Below, one piece after another: positions 18,738-28,019 of a DNA stretch of 64,000 nt. The position numbers were made by a program, and so were the translations under genes. The stretch is from positions 1,134 to 65,133 of IMG/VR virus record IMGVR_UViG_3300032220_001761, one strand, 5' to 3'. Under the pieces are notes generated by a model, which worked only from the letters and a program-made list of their open reading frames with translations, was not told where the DNA came from and searched no databases. The stretch's first letter is position 1. Each line of letters starts with the position of its first letter. Source of the stretch: a virus (Duplodnaviria; Heunggongvirae; Uroviricota; Caudoviricetes).

Positions 18738-19328
18738 TCACTTAATAATATAATCCTTATACGAACTAGTTTTAGGCTTTTCGTTGGCGAAGTAGTATAC
18801 CTCTGTTACTTCCCCGTATTTTATTTCTTTAGTAAATCCACTAGGTACAGTTGCTCCAGTAGGTAGTTTTATAGATTTCTCATCAAATTTAAGGATGATA
18901 TGAACGCTAACTTTCGTTTTTAAAGCAATCTCCCTTTCGTGTATTTCCAATAATCTCCATGCCCCTCTATTTAGGTATTGATCTTGTAGGGCACAATTTA
19001 GATAAGAGAATGTTTTTTGTATTGTAGCTCTGTCGCAAGAAAAATCCGCAGCAGGAGCCATATGTCCTTTATCGTAAATATTATTTTCGTAATCCTCCTT
19101 AGATGAGGTATGAATGCTATCGTTTGTGTAAAAATCTAATCCTGCTCTAGAAGCTTTACCTCCTGGACACTGAACGTTGTACCAAACCTCTAATGGCTGC
19201 TCAAGATCTTCCGAATAGATCACTGTATAAATCCCTGCATCTACTTTTCTTGGTTGTCTATCATCAGTTGTAAGGGATAATAAAAAGAATGATAGTATTA
19301 ATAATGATAGAATTAATAGTTTTTTCAA
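18738..19328 (-). CDS. secreted DNA/RNA non-specific endonuclease (Serratia-nuclease/EndoG family)
   Basis: Signal peptide. Active-site motif DKGHMAPAADF (DRGH-type) followed by NCALQDQYLNRGAWRLLE (N..PQ..LN.G.W..LE). Confidence 0.7.
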   Translation of the reverse strand: MKKLLILSLLILSFFLLSLTTDDRQPRKVDAGIYTVIYSEDLEQPLEVWYNVQCPGGKASRAGLDFYTNDSIHTSSKEDYENNIYDKGHMAPAADFSCDRATIQKTFSYLNCALQDQYLNRGAWRLLEIHEREIALKTKVSVHIILKFDEKSIKLPTGATVPSGFTKEIKYGEVTEVYYFANEKPKTSSYKDYIIK

Positions 19329-19672
19329 TTTCTGAACTTATGTGGGTAGAGCATTCTTAATTCATGCCCCATTGGTATATCTTTTTTTCTTATACCAAAT
19401 ATCTTTTCCTCCGGACAAGGATCTAATGAATTTTGTAATCTTCCATTAATCCACGTCTCAATGGTTTTAAAATTATTGTTGCAAGCCCAAGTCTCAATTG
19501 ATCTGTTCCAGATTGATCCCTCATTGAAAGGGAATCTTATATTTGTTCCGTTAACAACCTCTTTTATTTGGCTTCCTTGCAATTCTACAGTGATTTCTCC
19601 AGCCATTTTATGTCTGAGCATCATTGTTCTTTGATTAAAGTTTTCGTATAGTTCTAAATTTTTCATTACCAA
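19325..19672 (-). CDS. hypothetical protein
   Basis: 115-aa ORF, 4-bp overlap. Confidence 0.4.
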   Translation of the reverse strand: MVMKNLELYENFNQRTMMLRHKMAGEITVELQGSQIKEVVNGTNIRFPFNEGSIWNRSIETWACNNNFKTIETWINGRLQNSLDPCPEEKIFGIRKKDIPMGHELRMLYPHKFRN

Positions 19673-20238
19673 GGTCTGCTTGATTTTATTCCGAGTAATT
19701 TGCGATACCTCGCTACGTTACAAGCCCAATACCTAGCTTTCCATTTAGGTCCTGGACTATCACAACCCATTCTTTTTCTGAAGGATCTAGCTTTAGCAGG
19801 GTCATTATTATTAACTCTCATCCCCGGCTCTCCGAATCCAACCTTAACTACGTTTCCTTTCTCGTTTTTAGTATAGACCGCAAATTTTCTTGGACCTGAT
19901 GGTGTTCTAAAAGGTCTGTTAAGATTAACTTTTTTTCCTCTATACTCTGCTTCGTTAACATCCTCAATATCTTCAAACGGGATGTCTAGAAAAACTATTT
20001 TGTTTTCGAAGATAGCAGTTTTACCAGCATCAGTACCTATTAACCAGATCTCATCATCTGTAAGGCCTATCTTTCCATCATTGTATAAATTTCTTGCCTC
20101 ACAAACAAGTCCTAGCCATGCTTCAGAGTCCACTCTGAAAACGCTCTCAAAAAGACCTATATTTTGGTCAAAATGGTACGAAAGATTCTCTGATATTGAA
20201 TGATCTCCAAAATTATCAAATTCGTCTATATTTCTCAT
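19666..20238 (-). CDS. hypothetical protein with basic C-terminus
   Basis: 190-aa ORF. C-terminal RSFRKRMGCDSPGPKWKARYW. Confidence 0.45.
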   Translation of the reverse strand: MRNIDEFDNFGDHSISENLSYHFDQNIGLFESVFRVDSEAWLGLVCEARNLYNDGKIGLTDDEIWLIGTDAGKTAIFENKIVFLDIPFEDIEDVNEAEYRGKKVNLNRPFRTPSGPRKFAVYTKNEKGNVVKVGFGEPGMRVNNNDPAKARSFRKRMGCDSPGPKWKARYWACNVARYRKLLGIKSSRPW

Positions 20239-20258
20239 ATAGACTATATATCCAGATT

Positions 20259-21449
20259 TTAATCTAATGAATAGAACTTCCTTCTTATATTGATCAACAT
20301 AGAGGAAGTTAAATCTGGATCAACAGTATCTGGTAGATCTGATTCATTAAATAAACGATCGATTTCTAGAATGTCATTTTCAGCACGATCGATTAAGCTT
20401 TGCAAATCAACTTCACCTCTACGAATGGCCAACAGTTCTTGAGCATTTTCTCTTCTAACTAAGATACCTTTACCCTGAGCAATTTCTTTAGCCATTTCAA
20501 GTAGCCTACGACAGTGCATCATGTTTTTACCATCGATCTTTTGACCGTGAGTTTCAACATCAACCCATCTTTGTAAGTTTCTTTTATCTAGCCATTCTTG
20601 GTATTCGTTGTAATCTTTACAATGTTGAGTGTATCCATCTTTATTGTAAATGATATTACAGATCGGTTTTTCTCCTTTAGGAATAGAAGATAAACGTAAT
20701 TGGTTCGATTCTGCTAGGTTAGATCCCTCCCCAGTTTTCACAAGACCTTTATATCCAAATCCGAAAGGTTCCCCCTTTATATTTTGAGAATCCTTTTGGA
20801 ATCTACGTAATTCTCCTGGGATAGATTCACTAAAACAACAATAAGCAATACTATCAAAGAAAACTGCATATAGGTCTCTGGCGTTAGGAACATTAGAAAC
20901 CCCACAGAATTTTTCTTCAAATCCTTCCTTCTCGTTCCATATCTTCCATGGGATTGATTTTTCACCTTCAATAACATAGCAGAAATCAAGAACATCCTTT
21001 CTGGTAACCTTTTCTTTTTCCCAGTTTTGCTTCTTATCCTGTCCTTTTGCCTTCTTGATCTGTTGGATAGCATATCCACCAAACGAATTAGAGCACTTTT
21101 TAGTGATAAATTGGTCCCGTAGCTCAATTATTTCCCCTATCAATGGGTGTTTGTATAGAATACAGTCTTCTGGTGTGTTTAAGAGCTCTAAAATAGTTGG
21201 ATTATTAGAAGCAACTAATTCTAGAAATCTTTTGACCTCATAAAAAACTGTGTCGTTCTTGTCGTCATTGATCTGCTCTTTATAATGGAAGCCTAAGATG
21301 TCGTCTATCTTTTGTATATAAACACCAGCATAGTCTATATCAGAGGTAGGTAAAGCAGTACCATAAGCCTGTGATCCTCTTTTAACAATAAGTAAGGGCT
21401 GAGCCCCAGGGGACTTGCTTTCTATCAAGTCCAAAAATTCTTGTAACAT
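20259..21449 (-). CDS. polymerase-beta-superfamily nucleotidyltransferase (minimal NTase N-domain plus helical C-domain)
   Basis: NTase signature KRGSQAYGTALPTSDIDYAGVY (GS...SDxD). Confidence 0.5.
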   Translation of the reverse strand: MLQEFLDLIESKSPGAQPLLIVKRGSQAYGTALPTSDIDYAGVYIQKIDDILGFHYKEQINDDKNDTVFYEVKRFLELVASNNPTILELLNTPEDCILYKHPLIGEIIELRDQFITKKCSNSFGGYAIQQIKKAKGQDKKQNWEKEKVTRKDVLDFCYVIEGEKSIPWKIWNEKEGFEEKFCGVSNVPNARDLYAVFFDSIAYCCFSESIPGELRRFQKDSQNIKGEPFGFGYKGLVKTGEGSNLAESNQLRLSSIPKGEKPICNIIYNKDGYTQHCKDYNEYQEWLDKRNLQRWVDVETHGQKIDGKNMMHCRRLLEMAKEIAQGKGILVRRENAQELLAIRRGEVDLQSLIDRAENDILEIDRLFNESDLPDTVDPDLTSSMLINIRRKFYSLD

Positions 21450-21856
21450 TATAGCAATTTTAAATGATTAGTAACAGGATCTATTTCATCCGCCCAATTT
21501 GGTCCAATGGCAATACATGTTTTTGTAGGTACACCACTAAATTCAGTAAGACCCGCATCAGTGATTATAGATGCAATAAGTCCCGCATCCTTAGCCTTTT
21601 CGTATATCTCTATTAATTCAGATTCGGAATCTACTGAAACACAAACCTTAGTAAATAACCCATTGATCCAAGACTCCATTGGGGTTCCACTTTCAAGTAT
21701 GAGTGTTTTTTCTTGAATTTCTTTTCTGTGCGACAATATAACCATTCGATCTAGTACTGCTGCCATTGATGCGTGTGCACCTTGAGCTACCATCTTGCCT
21801 TTTCTCATATTCAGGTCTTTGCGCATGACAATAACCTGCTTTGCTATTCTTTCCAT
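21449..21856 (-). CDS. peptidyl-tRNA hydrolase, PTH2 family
   Basis: QVIVMRKDLNMRKGKMVAQGAHAS, ITDAGLTEF...TKTCIAIGP, VTNHLKLL, all matching PTH2 conserved blocks. Confidence 0.75.
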   Translation of the reverse strand: MERIAKQVIVMRKDLNMRKGKMVAQGAHASMAAVLDRMVILSHRKEIQEKTLILESGTPMESWINGLFTKVCVSVDSESELIEIYEKAKDAGLIASIITDAGLTEFSGVPTKTCIAIGPNWADEIDPVTNHLKLL

Positions 21857-21898
21857 ACCGTAAAGATAGAAATTTCCAGTTAAATAAAAAAATGTTTC

Positions 21899-22402
21899 TT
21901 AATAATGAAGGTCTAGAAAAAGAACATCTGGGTCATCTTTATAGAAAACTGGACACCAGACAGGATGATATTGGGTCTTTAAATTATCATCTAGTTCCAT
22001 TATGTATTTTTGAGGATCTTCTATTTTAGGAAATTTACCAGGTTCTCCATTTTTTCTCCTGCTTATTTCATCCTTCATACGAATGTTCATTGTTTCAACA
22101 TCGTAATATGAATCTCCTTTCTTAAGGTATACTCCCCAACCATCAGATTTAGATCCGGGAGGATATATTCCATCTTCAGTGTCTGGGCATCCGGCCATTC
22201 CTGAAATATCATTTCCCTCGTAATATCGATCTTCTACTCTTTCAACAATCACAGGAGCATCGTCGGGAAGATTGTTTTCCTCTATGAATTTTTTAAGTGC
22301 ACCAACAGTTAAAAACCCACTTTTTGTGTAGCTAAAAAGTTTTTCTTTGTCTATCTTATTCATTCCAGTAAGTATTAATGTGGGTTTGTTTTGTATATCC
22401 AT
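21899..22402 (-). CDS. hypothetical protein
   Basis: 167-aa ORF. Confidence 0.45.
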   Translation of the reverse strand: MDIQNKPTLILTGMNKIDKEKLFSYTKSGFLTVGALKKFIEENNLPDDAPVIVERVEDRYYEGNDISGMAGCPDTEDGIYPPGSKSDGWGVYLKKGDSYYDVETMNIRMKDEISRRKNGEPGKFPKIEDPQKYIMELDDNLKTQYHPVWCPVFYKDDPDVLFLDLHY

Positions 22403-22643
22403 AGATGGTTATGGATATTTAAAAAGTCTAATTCCATTTCAAAACGAGGTGAATGATCACTCTCATACCGGTCCAAGTTTATTTTAAAGTTAAAGAAATC
22501 TACTCCATCGGAATAATCTCTAACTTTAGCAAATAGTTGTACCTCCCAATAGAGGTTTCTTTTTTTGGAGATTGAGCCAAATTTACAGATTCCTAAAAAT
22601 CCAATCATACCATGTTAAATTTGTATTCCATAACTTGGAATTT

Positions 22644-22907
22644 TTATTTAATCTTGTTAAGCCAATCGTTTAGGTGCTCGTAGATTTCTTTTTCTTCCCA
22701 CTCGTATTGGGTGAATCCATTTCTGCAATATTCACCAAAATTGATCATATCAACAGCAGTAAATCCAGGGGTCATTTTAAGAACATCTTCTACTTTCTTA
22801 GGATCTGCTTCTTCACCTAATTTTTCAATTTCCTTCCATTCTTTTTCGATCTTATCAGGATCTAGAGCATTAAATTTCTCAGAGAGAGATTCTATAATAG
22901 GATTCAT
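22644..22907 (-). CDS. hypothetical small acidic protein
   Basis: 87-aa ORF. Confidence 0.4.
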   Translation of the reverse strand: MNPIIESLSEKFNALDPDKIEKEWKEIEKLGEEADPKKVEDVLKMTPGFTAVDMINFGEYCRNGFTQYEWEEKEIYEHLNDWLNKIK

Positions 22908-22950
22908 ATATTTTTTTTATTTTTTACACCTTTAAATCATTAAGTTTCAG

Positions 22951-23667
22951 TTACCCCAGACACACTGAGCATTTTCCTTCTCTAGTTGAGGGGGATTCAA
23001 ATTTAAAAGGGATCTCGCCGTCAACCACTACAGTTTCAGTTTCTATCTCAACCTTTTCGTCTGCTATTATTTTTTGTATATCTGAAAAATCTAAAGAGTT
23101 AAATTTCTCTTTCCATCCTGGATATCCAGGCTCAGATTCAAACTCGCCTTTGGTATATTCTCTTACGTAACTTCTTATAGGTGCTTCGTCCTCTCTCATC
23201 TTAGATTCGTCCAATACCATGATTCGATCTACCCAATAATAAGCCTGATGTGCAGTTAATCCATAATCAGAAATCCATTCTCTATAGTCCCCATATTTTC
23301 TAATCTTATTGCCAATCTGAAGTGGGTTAGCATCAACTATAAATGCCTCTTCTATTTGGTCTCCCATCATATCTAAAGGGCCTGCTAAAACATACTCTGA
23401 GTTTATTTTAAAAAGAACCTCCGGGTCGACATATTCGATTTTTCCGTTTACAAAGAATAAAAGAAGCATTTCATTGGATTTTTCAATGTCATCTATTCTT
23501 CTAGTTTTTTCAGACTGATCCTCTAATAAAGTATAGGAATCGTTTTTTTCTTTGATCCTAAATATTTGATTGTTACCTGAACTTATTAGGAATACTCCTT
23601 CTTTTAAAAATTCAGGGAAAAATCTACAAGGAACTAATTTTGCTAAAGTTGTTTTGAATTGTATCAT
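22951..23667 (-). CDS. hypothetical protein
   Basis: 238-aa ORF ending GKCSVCLG. Confidence 0.45.
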   Translation of the reverse strand: MIQFKTTLAKLVPCRFFPEFLKEGVFLISSGNNQIFRIKEKNDSYTLLEDQSEKTRRIDDIEKSNEMLLLFFVNGKIEYVDPEVLFKINSEYVLAGPLDMMGDQIEEAFIVDANPLQIGNKIRKYGDYREWISDYGLTAHQAYYWVDRIMVLDESKMREDEAPIRSYVREYTKGEFESEPGYPGWKEKFNSLDFSDIQKIIADEKVEIETETVVVDGEIPFKFESPSTREGKCSVCLG

Positions 23668-23739
23668 GTCATTTTTATTATTGTTCGAGCTTATGTTTCA
23701 TAGCCCAAATATAGAAAAATCCTAAAAGATACATACAAT

Positions 23740-24072
23740 ATGTGTCTAGGTTATGTTTATCTAATAGTCGAGTCAGACCAAAACGGGAACGAAAAATATA
23801 AAATTGGGGTGACTAAAAAGAACCCAGAGGAAAGGGTTAAGAAATTAAGAACTGGAAATTCCAACGAACTTTTTGTAATAAGGAAATATGAAAGTTACAA
23901 TTATAGGAAAATAGAAAAATGGCTACATAGAAAGTATTCAGGACAAAGAACAATATCTATGAATGAATTTTTTAACCTAACAGATGATCAAGTAGCAAAC
24001 TTTATAGATGACTGTAAAAAAATAGATAAAATTATAAGCTATATGCTTGAGAATAACCCGTATTTTAAATAG
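23740..24072 (+). CDS. GIY-YIG-like / T5orf172-domain protein
   Basis: GYVYLIVESDQNGNEKYKIGVTKKNPEERVKKLRTGN...EKWLHRKY matches the GIY-YIG/T5orf172 core (GYVY..KIG.T....R...L). Confidence 0.55.
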   Translation: MCLGYVYLIVESDQNGNEKYKIGVTKKNPEERVKKLRTGNSNELFVIRKYESYNYRKIEKWLHRKYSGQRTISMNEFFNLTDDQVANFIDDCKKIDKIISYMLENNPYFK

Positions 24073-24074
24073 AT

Positions 24075-24641
24075 CTAATCTTTTATTCCAAAGTTATTTA
24101 AAAGAGATCCGCCAGATCCAGCATAAGCATCAACCCATTCTTGATTTAACATCGCATTAATTAGCCTTACAAATCTAGTTCTTGTTTTCATTTCTTTTCT
24201 TAGCATAGAACCAAATTCTATTGGACGATCTTCCATAATATCAAGCATATCTAAGAATGCTTCTATAACTTTTGTTTTCTCATCCTCAGTGCCTTTACCA
24301 AAAATAGTATAGGATTCTTGGAAGATTTTAAGCTGAGCTTCTAGATCTTGTTTTTCGTCTATCCATTTTTCCTCCTGTTTACCCCAACTTTCTATTTCGG
24401 ATTCAAATTTGGAATTTTCTTTTTCTAGTTTTGAATATGAATCTTCTAATCCATAGATCTCGTCGTCTTTTTTCTCGACAGTTTTTTCCAGATCCCTAAT
24501 ATCCTCTTCTAGCTCGTCTATTCTATCCACGAGATCAGAATTTTTATCCTCTAAAGATTCTATCTGGTCCAACAGTTTTTGAATGTAATCGTTAGATACT
24601 TCCTCCTCGTTTAATTTATATTCGCTAAAATTCTTTATCAT
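24075..24641 (-). CDS. coiled-coil protein
   Basis: Heptad-rich acidic sequence (LEDKNSDLVDRIDELEEDIRDLEKTVEKKDDEI). Confidence 0.45.
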   Translation of the reverse strand: MIKNFSEYKLNEEEVSNDYIQKLLDQIESLEDKNSDLVDRIDELEEDIRDLEKTVEKKDDEIYGLEDSYSKLEKENSKFESEIESWGKQEEKWIDEKQDLEAQLKIFQESYTIFGKGTEDEKTKVIEAFLDMLDIMEDRPIEFGSMLRKEMKTRTRFVRLINAMLNQEWVDAYAGSGGSLLNNFGIKD

Positions 24642-25222
24642 TTCTTTTCCTTCCTATTCTTTTTAGCTTGTTGATATAATTTCTTATCACTCATCTTGGT
24701 AGTTTTACCGCCGGTTACAAAAGAATTAACTCTTGCCATAGCCCATTGCTGTGGGGTTGTTCCTGGAATATGACCTGTTTTCCAAGCAGCATATCCTCTT
24801 TTCCATACCTGAGTTAGAATACCCTGAGGAAACCCTGTTTTATCTGATTTATTTTTTAACGCTTTTCTTACAGGACTGCTTGGTGAGCTAGCTCCCTCCA
24901 TTAAAAACCCCTCAATCTCTAATATTTCAGACTCTGACATATTGTTCAGCTCTTGAATAAATTCATTTTCAATTTCCTCCATTACTTCCATAAACTGGTA
25001 AGGATCTGTCATTAAATTTTCGCCAAACATTTGCTTGTATTTTTTAGTGTATTTACTAGATTTTGTATCTACAGGTTTACCTTTTCCTGCTTTTCCCGAC
25101 TTATAATCAGCGTCCCATGGTCCATAAGCAGAGGAGTCATCATCGGCTTTATGTCCGTGTTTTTTGATCTCCCTCTTCATTATGTTGGGATTTTTTGTGA
25201 GGTATTTTTTTGGAAGTTTCAC
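24638..25222 (-). CDS. hypothetical basic protein
   Basis: 194-aa ORF, 4-bp overlap with downstream gene. Confidence 0.45.
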   Translation of the reverse strand: MKLPKKYLTKNPNIMKREIKKHGHKADDDSSAYGPWDADYKSGKAGKGKPVDTKSSKYTKKYKQMFGENLMTDPYQFMEVMEEIENEFIQELNNMSESEILEIEGFLMEGASSPSSPVRKALKNKSDKTGFPQGILTQVWKRGYAAWKTGHIPGTTPQQWAMARVNSFVTGGKTTKMSDKKLYQQAKKNRKEKK

Positions 25223-25250
25223 TAGACTACATTTATTTCTATATGTATCT

Positions 25251-25263
25251 CTGAAAATTTCAG
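25251..25263. promoter_or_regulatory. inverted repeat CTGAAA-A-TTTCAG upstream of the plus-strand block starting at 25299
   Basis: Read directly in the 76-bp gap between divergent genes. Confidence 0.25.
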
Positions 25264-25298
25264 AAAAGATTTTTTTTATATGTTAGAAGTTTCTATCT

Positions 25299-25724
25299 TT
25301 GGCCCAAGAAACAAACAATGAGGTCTTCAGTAATATAGCCATGATAAGAAGCAAATATAGCAGGAGAATAAGGAAAAAGAAGAGACTGGGCGAATTTACA
25401 GAGAACGGATTTCTCATTTATCTTTATTGTGGGGAAGACAAAGACTTTTTCATAATCGATTCATTTATCGACCTTATTGTTAAAAAAAGGATGTATTGCT
25501 CCGGGGGTGGTGATTCTAAAAAATATTCATTCCTTGTAGAAAGACAAAGAAAAGAAATAACACCAGAAGAGAGAGAATTTGTAATAGAGGAGGCTAGAAA
25601 AATACAAGGGGTAAATGATGTATTAGCTTTAGATTTAGTCAATCTATGGTACAGCGACTCAGATGAGTATTTCGAAAAAGCAGAAGAAAAAATTAAAGAG
25701 CATGAAGAAAAAAGAGGAATATAA
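25299..25724 (+). CDS. hypothetical protein
   Basis: 141-aa ORF. Confidence 0.4.
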   Translation: MAQETNNEVFSNIAMIRSKYSRRIRKKKRLGEFTENGFLIYLYCGEDKDFFIIDSFIDLIVKKRMYCSGGGDSKKYSFLVERQRKEITPEEREFVIEEARKIQGVNDVLALDLVNLWYSDSDEYFEKAEEKIKEHEEKRGI

Positions 25725-26244
25725 ACAACAAATCCTTGGAGAAGTATTTACACCTGTTTTTATGACAGAGGATGAATTCGAAAAAGGATACAAAGAATCT
25801 ATATTTTGGACAGATAAGGATTTCATGTCAGAGTATAGAAAGCACATAGCTGCAATGTCTCATGTATCTGAATGTGCGAAGATATACATTCTTAAAAATT
25901 GGGCGAAGGTCAAGGATTGGAGCGAATTAGATGTGGTTATAGTACATGGTCCTTCTGGAAAAATGACGGAATACTATAATTATGTTCCTAGAGAAATTAA
26001 CAACGACCATAAAATAAAGGAAGGGGCTTATTCAAATCTGTTAAAAGAAATTGATGAGAAAAACAAGCTAAAGCATAATCCCATAAGGGAATTTAACGAG
26101 GTTATCCTTGACCCCACAGACGGTGATTTTTCAGTTACAGTAAATGGCAACGAAGAGCACTGGTGGATACAAGACGAAGCTGTTATAATAATAGCAGATT
26201 ATATTGAAGAACAATTAAAAAAACAAGATAATGAGGAAGCTTAA
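25663..26244 (+). CDS. hypothetical protein (start probably the Met at 25702)
   Basis: 193-aa ORF with lysine-rich N-terminus. Confidence 0.45.
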   Translation: MSISKKQKKKLKSMKKKEEYKQQILGEVFTPVFMTEDEFEKGYKESIFWTDKDFMSEYRKHIAAMSHVSECAKIYILKNWAKVKDWSELDVVIVHGPSGKMTEYYNYVPREINNDHKIKEGAYSNLLKEIDEKNKLKHNPIREFNEVILDPTDGDFSVTVNGNEEHWWIQDEAVIIIADYIEEQLKKQDNEEA

Positions 26245-27127
26245 CTTAGCAAATCCAGAAAAAAGTGGGATAGAATTTCAAATTTCTAAATTCCCAGATG
26301 GTCAGCAATCAGTGACTATAAATTCTCCGTTCTTAGCATCAACAGAACCTATAACAATAATCTCTAGAATGAACTCGTTCCGAGATCTTGAGCTTATCAT
26401 CTGTGCTAATGTCGCATTAAAAGAAATAGGAACTAAAGAAATCCATCTCTTTGTACCTTATTTTTTAGGAGCAAGATCAGATCGTAAATTCGTAGACGGA
26501 GGATCTAACTACCTAAAAGATGTCATCTGTCCTATCATCAACATGCAGAATTTCGAAACGGTTACGGTTTTAGATCCTCACTCTGATGTTTTAGAAGCTT
26601 GTCTTAAAAATTTCAGAAAAGAAACCAATATTGAATTTGTAAGAAAAGCTCTTACAAAGATCGATAATACAAATGATGCTAGAGAAAAAATGGTTATCAT
26701 TTCACCTGATGCAGGAGCAATGAAAAAGATCTATCAGGTTGCAGAAGCATTCTCGTTAGACAAAATTGTTATCGCTGCTAAACACAGGGATTTGAAATCT
26801 GGAAAGATTACTCACACGGAAGTACCAGATCTCAATAAATATTCACCAGATTCAAACTTTGTCATTATAGATGACATCTGCGATGGAGGTAGAACATTTA
26901 CTGAAATATCTAAAGTAATCAAATCTCATGTCTGGCCGAGGGACGAATATTTCAGAGGTAAGATCTATTTGATTATTACCCATGGTATTTTCTCTGCTGG
27001 TCTTTTAGATTTGAGTAGAAACTTCGACAATGTATTTACAACAAACAGTGTAAGGGATCTTGAGGTCGAGGATTTTTCAGATTACACTGTATCAAAAGAT
27101 TTTGTAATCCAATTTGAAGTTGTCTAA
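26231..27127 (+). CDS. ribose-phosphate pyrophosphokinase (PRPP synthetase) family protein. Candidate ADP-ribose pyrophosphokinase (Adps) of an NAD+ reconstitution pathway
   Basis: Prs-like blocks: FPDGQ (FsDGE), LELIICANVALKEIGTKEIHLFVPYFLGARSDRK (PYfgYaRQDRK), ISPDAGAMKK, and PRPP-binding loop VIIDDICDGGRT. Confidence 0.7.
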   Translation: MRKLNLANPEKSGIEFQISKFPDGQQSVTINSPFLASTEPITIISRMNSFRDLELIICANVALKEIGTKEIHLFVPYFLGARSDRKFVDGGSNYLKDVICPIINMQNFETVTVLDPHSDVLEACLKNFRKETNIEFVRKALTKIDNTNDAREKMVIISPDAGAMKKIYQVAEAFSLDKIVIAAKHRDLKSGKITHTEVPDLNKYSPDSNFVIIDDICDGGRTFTEISKVIKSHVWPRDEYFRGKIYLIITHGIFSAGLLDLSRNFDNVFTTNSVRDLEVEDFSDYTVSKDFVIQFEVV

Positions 27128-27129
27128 TT

Positions 27130-27498
27130 ATGAAAACAGAATTTAAAATCTCATCTATAGTCGGTATAAAAACCATTAATGAGAGAGAAAATACGTCATT
27201 TCAATGGTTTGATGAAATTCCAAGTAAATCTACATTTTTTGGAATGTTCAAATCTGAAAAAGTATCAGAAGGATTTGGAGAGATTGGGTACAATACGAGG
27301 TATACGGATCTGGACCTAATAAAAAGAGGTTATAACGTAAGTGGAAAGAAGGTATTTTACAGACCATATGCTACAGTCTATTTGGAACACGAGTACGAGG
27401 TACAAAAAACATTTAGATCCAATGAAGAAATGTCAGCATGGGTAAACTACCTAAAGACTGAAAATGGTGGAAATTTTGAAATTGTTAATCACAAATGA
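27130..27498 (+). CDS. hypothetical protein
   Basis: 122-aa ORF between the Prs-like and macro genes. 4-bp overlap downstream. Confidence 0.45.
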   Translation: MKTEFKISSIVGIKTINERENTSFQWFDEIPSKSTFFGMFKSEKVSEGFGEIGYNTRYTDLDLIKRGYNVSGKKVFYRPYATVYLEHEYEVQKTFRSNEEMSAWVNYLKTENGGNFEIVNHK

Positions 27499-28019
27499 GA
27501 TACGAAGAAATACAGGGGGATCTAATCAAATTAGCCAAAGAAGCTAAATTTGATGTTATAGCTCACGGATGCAATTGTCATTCACAAATGGGAGCTGGTT
27601 TAGCACCTCAAATGGCTAAAGCTTTTGGATGTGATAAATTCGAAATGGAATCTTGGGGATCCACTATTGAAAAACTTGGATGTATAGATTTTGAAACATT
27701 GGTATTAGGAAAAAATTCAATTTGGAGTTTAGCTGATGCAGACAACAAAGAAGGTGATCCTGAACTAGCAGTAGTTAATGCCTACACCCAATATAACTAT
27801 GGAAGAAATCACTCGGATGGGGATTTAAAACCTATAGATTATGAAGCACTTACCCTTTGCATGAGAAAAATGAATAAAATTTTTACAGGCAAACATATAG
27901 GTCTTCCACAAATAGGTGCAGGATTAGCAGGAGGAAATTGGAACAGAATTAAAAACATTATTCAAACAGAACTAGTTGACTGCAAAGTCACTGTAGTCAT
28001 TTACAACAAATTAGTATGA
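27495..28019 (+). CDS. macro domain protein (TARG1/OARD1-like ADP-ribose processing)
   Basis: VIAHGCNCHSQMGAGLA and GLPQIGAGLAGG match the OARD1-type macro ADP-ribose pocket (hGCNC..mGaGiA ... G.GlaGG). Confidence 0.65.
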   Translation: MRYEEIQGDLIKLAKEAKFDVIAHGCNCHSQMGAGLAPQMAKAFGCDKFEMESWGSTIEKLGCIDFETLVLGKNSIWSLADADNKEGDPELAVVNAYTQYNYGRNHSDGDLKPIDYEALTLCMRKMNKIFTGKHIGLPQIGAGLAGGNWNRIKNIIQTELVDCKVTVVIYNKLV

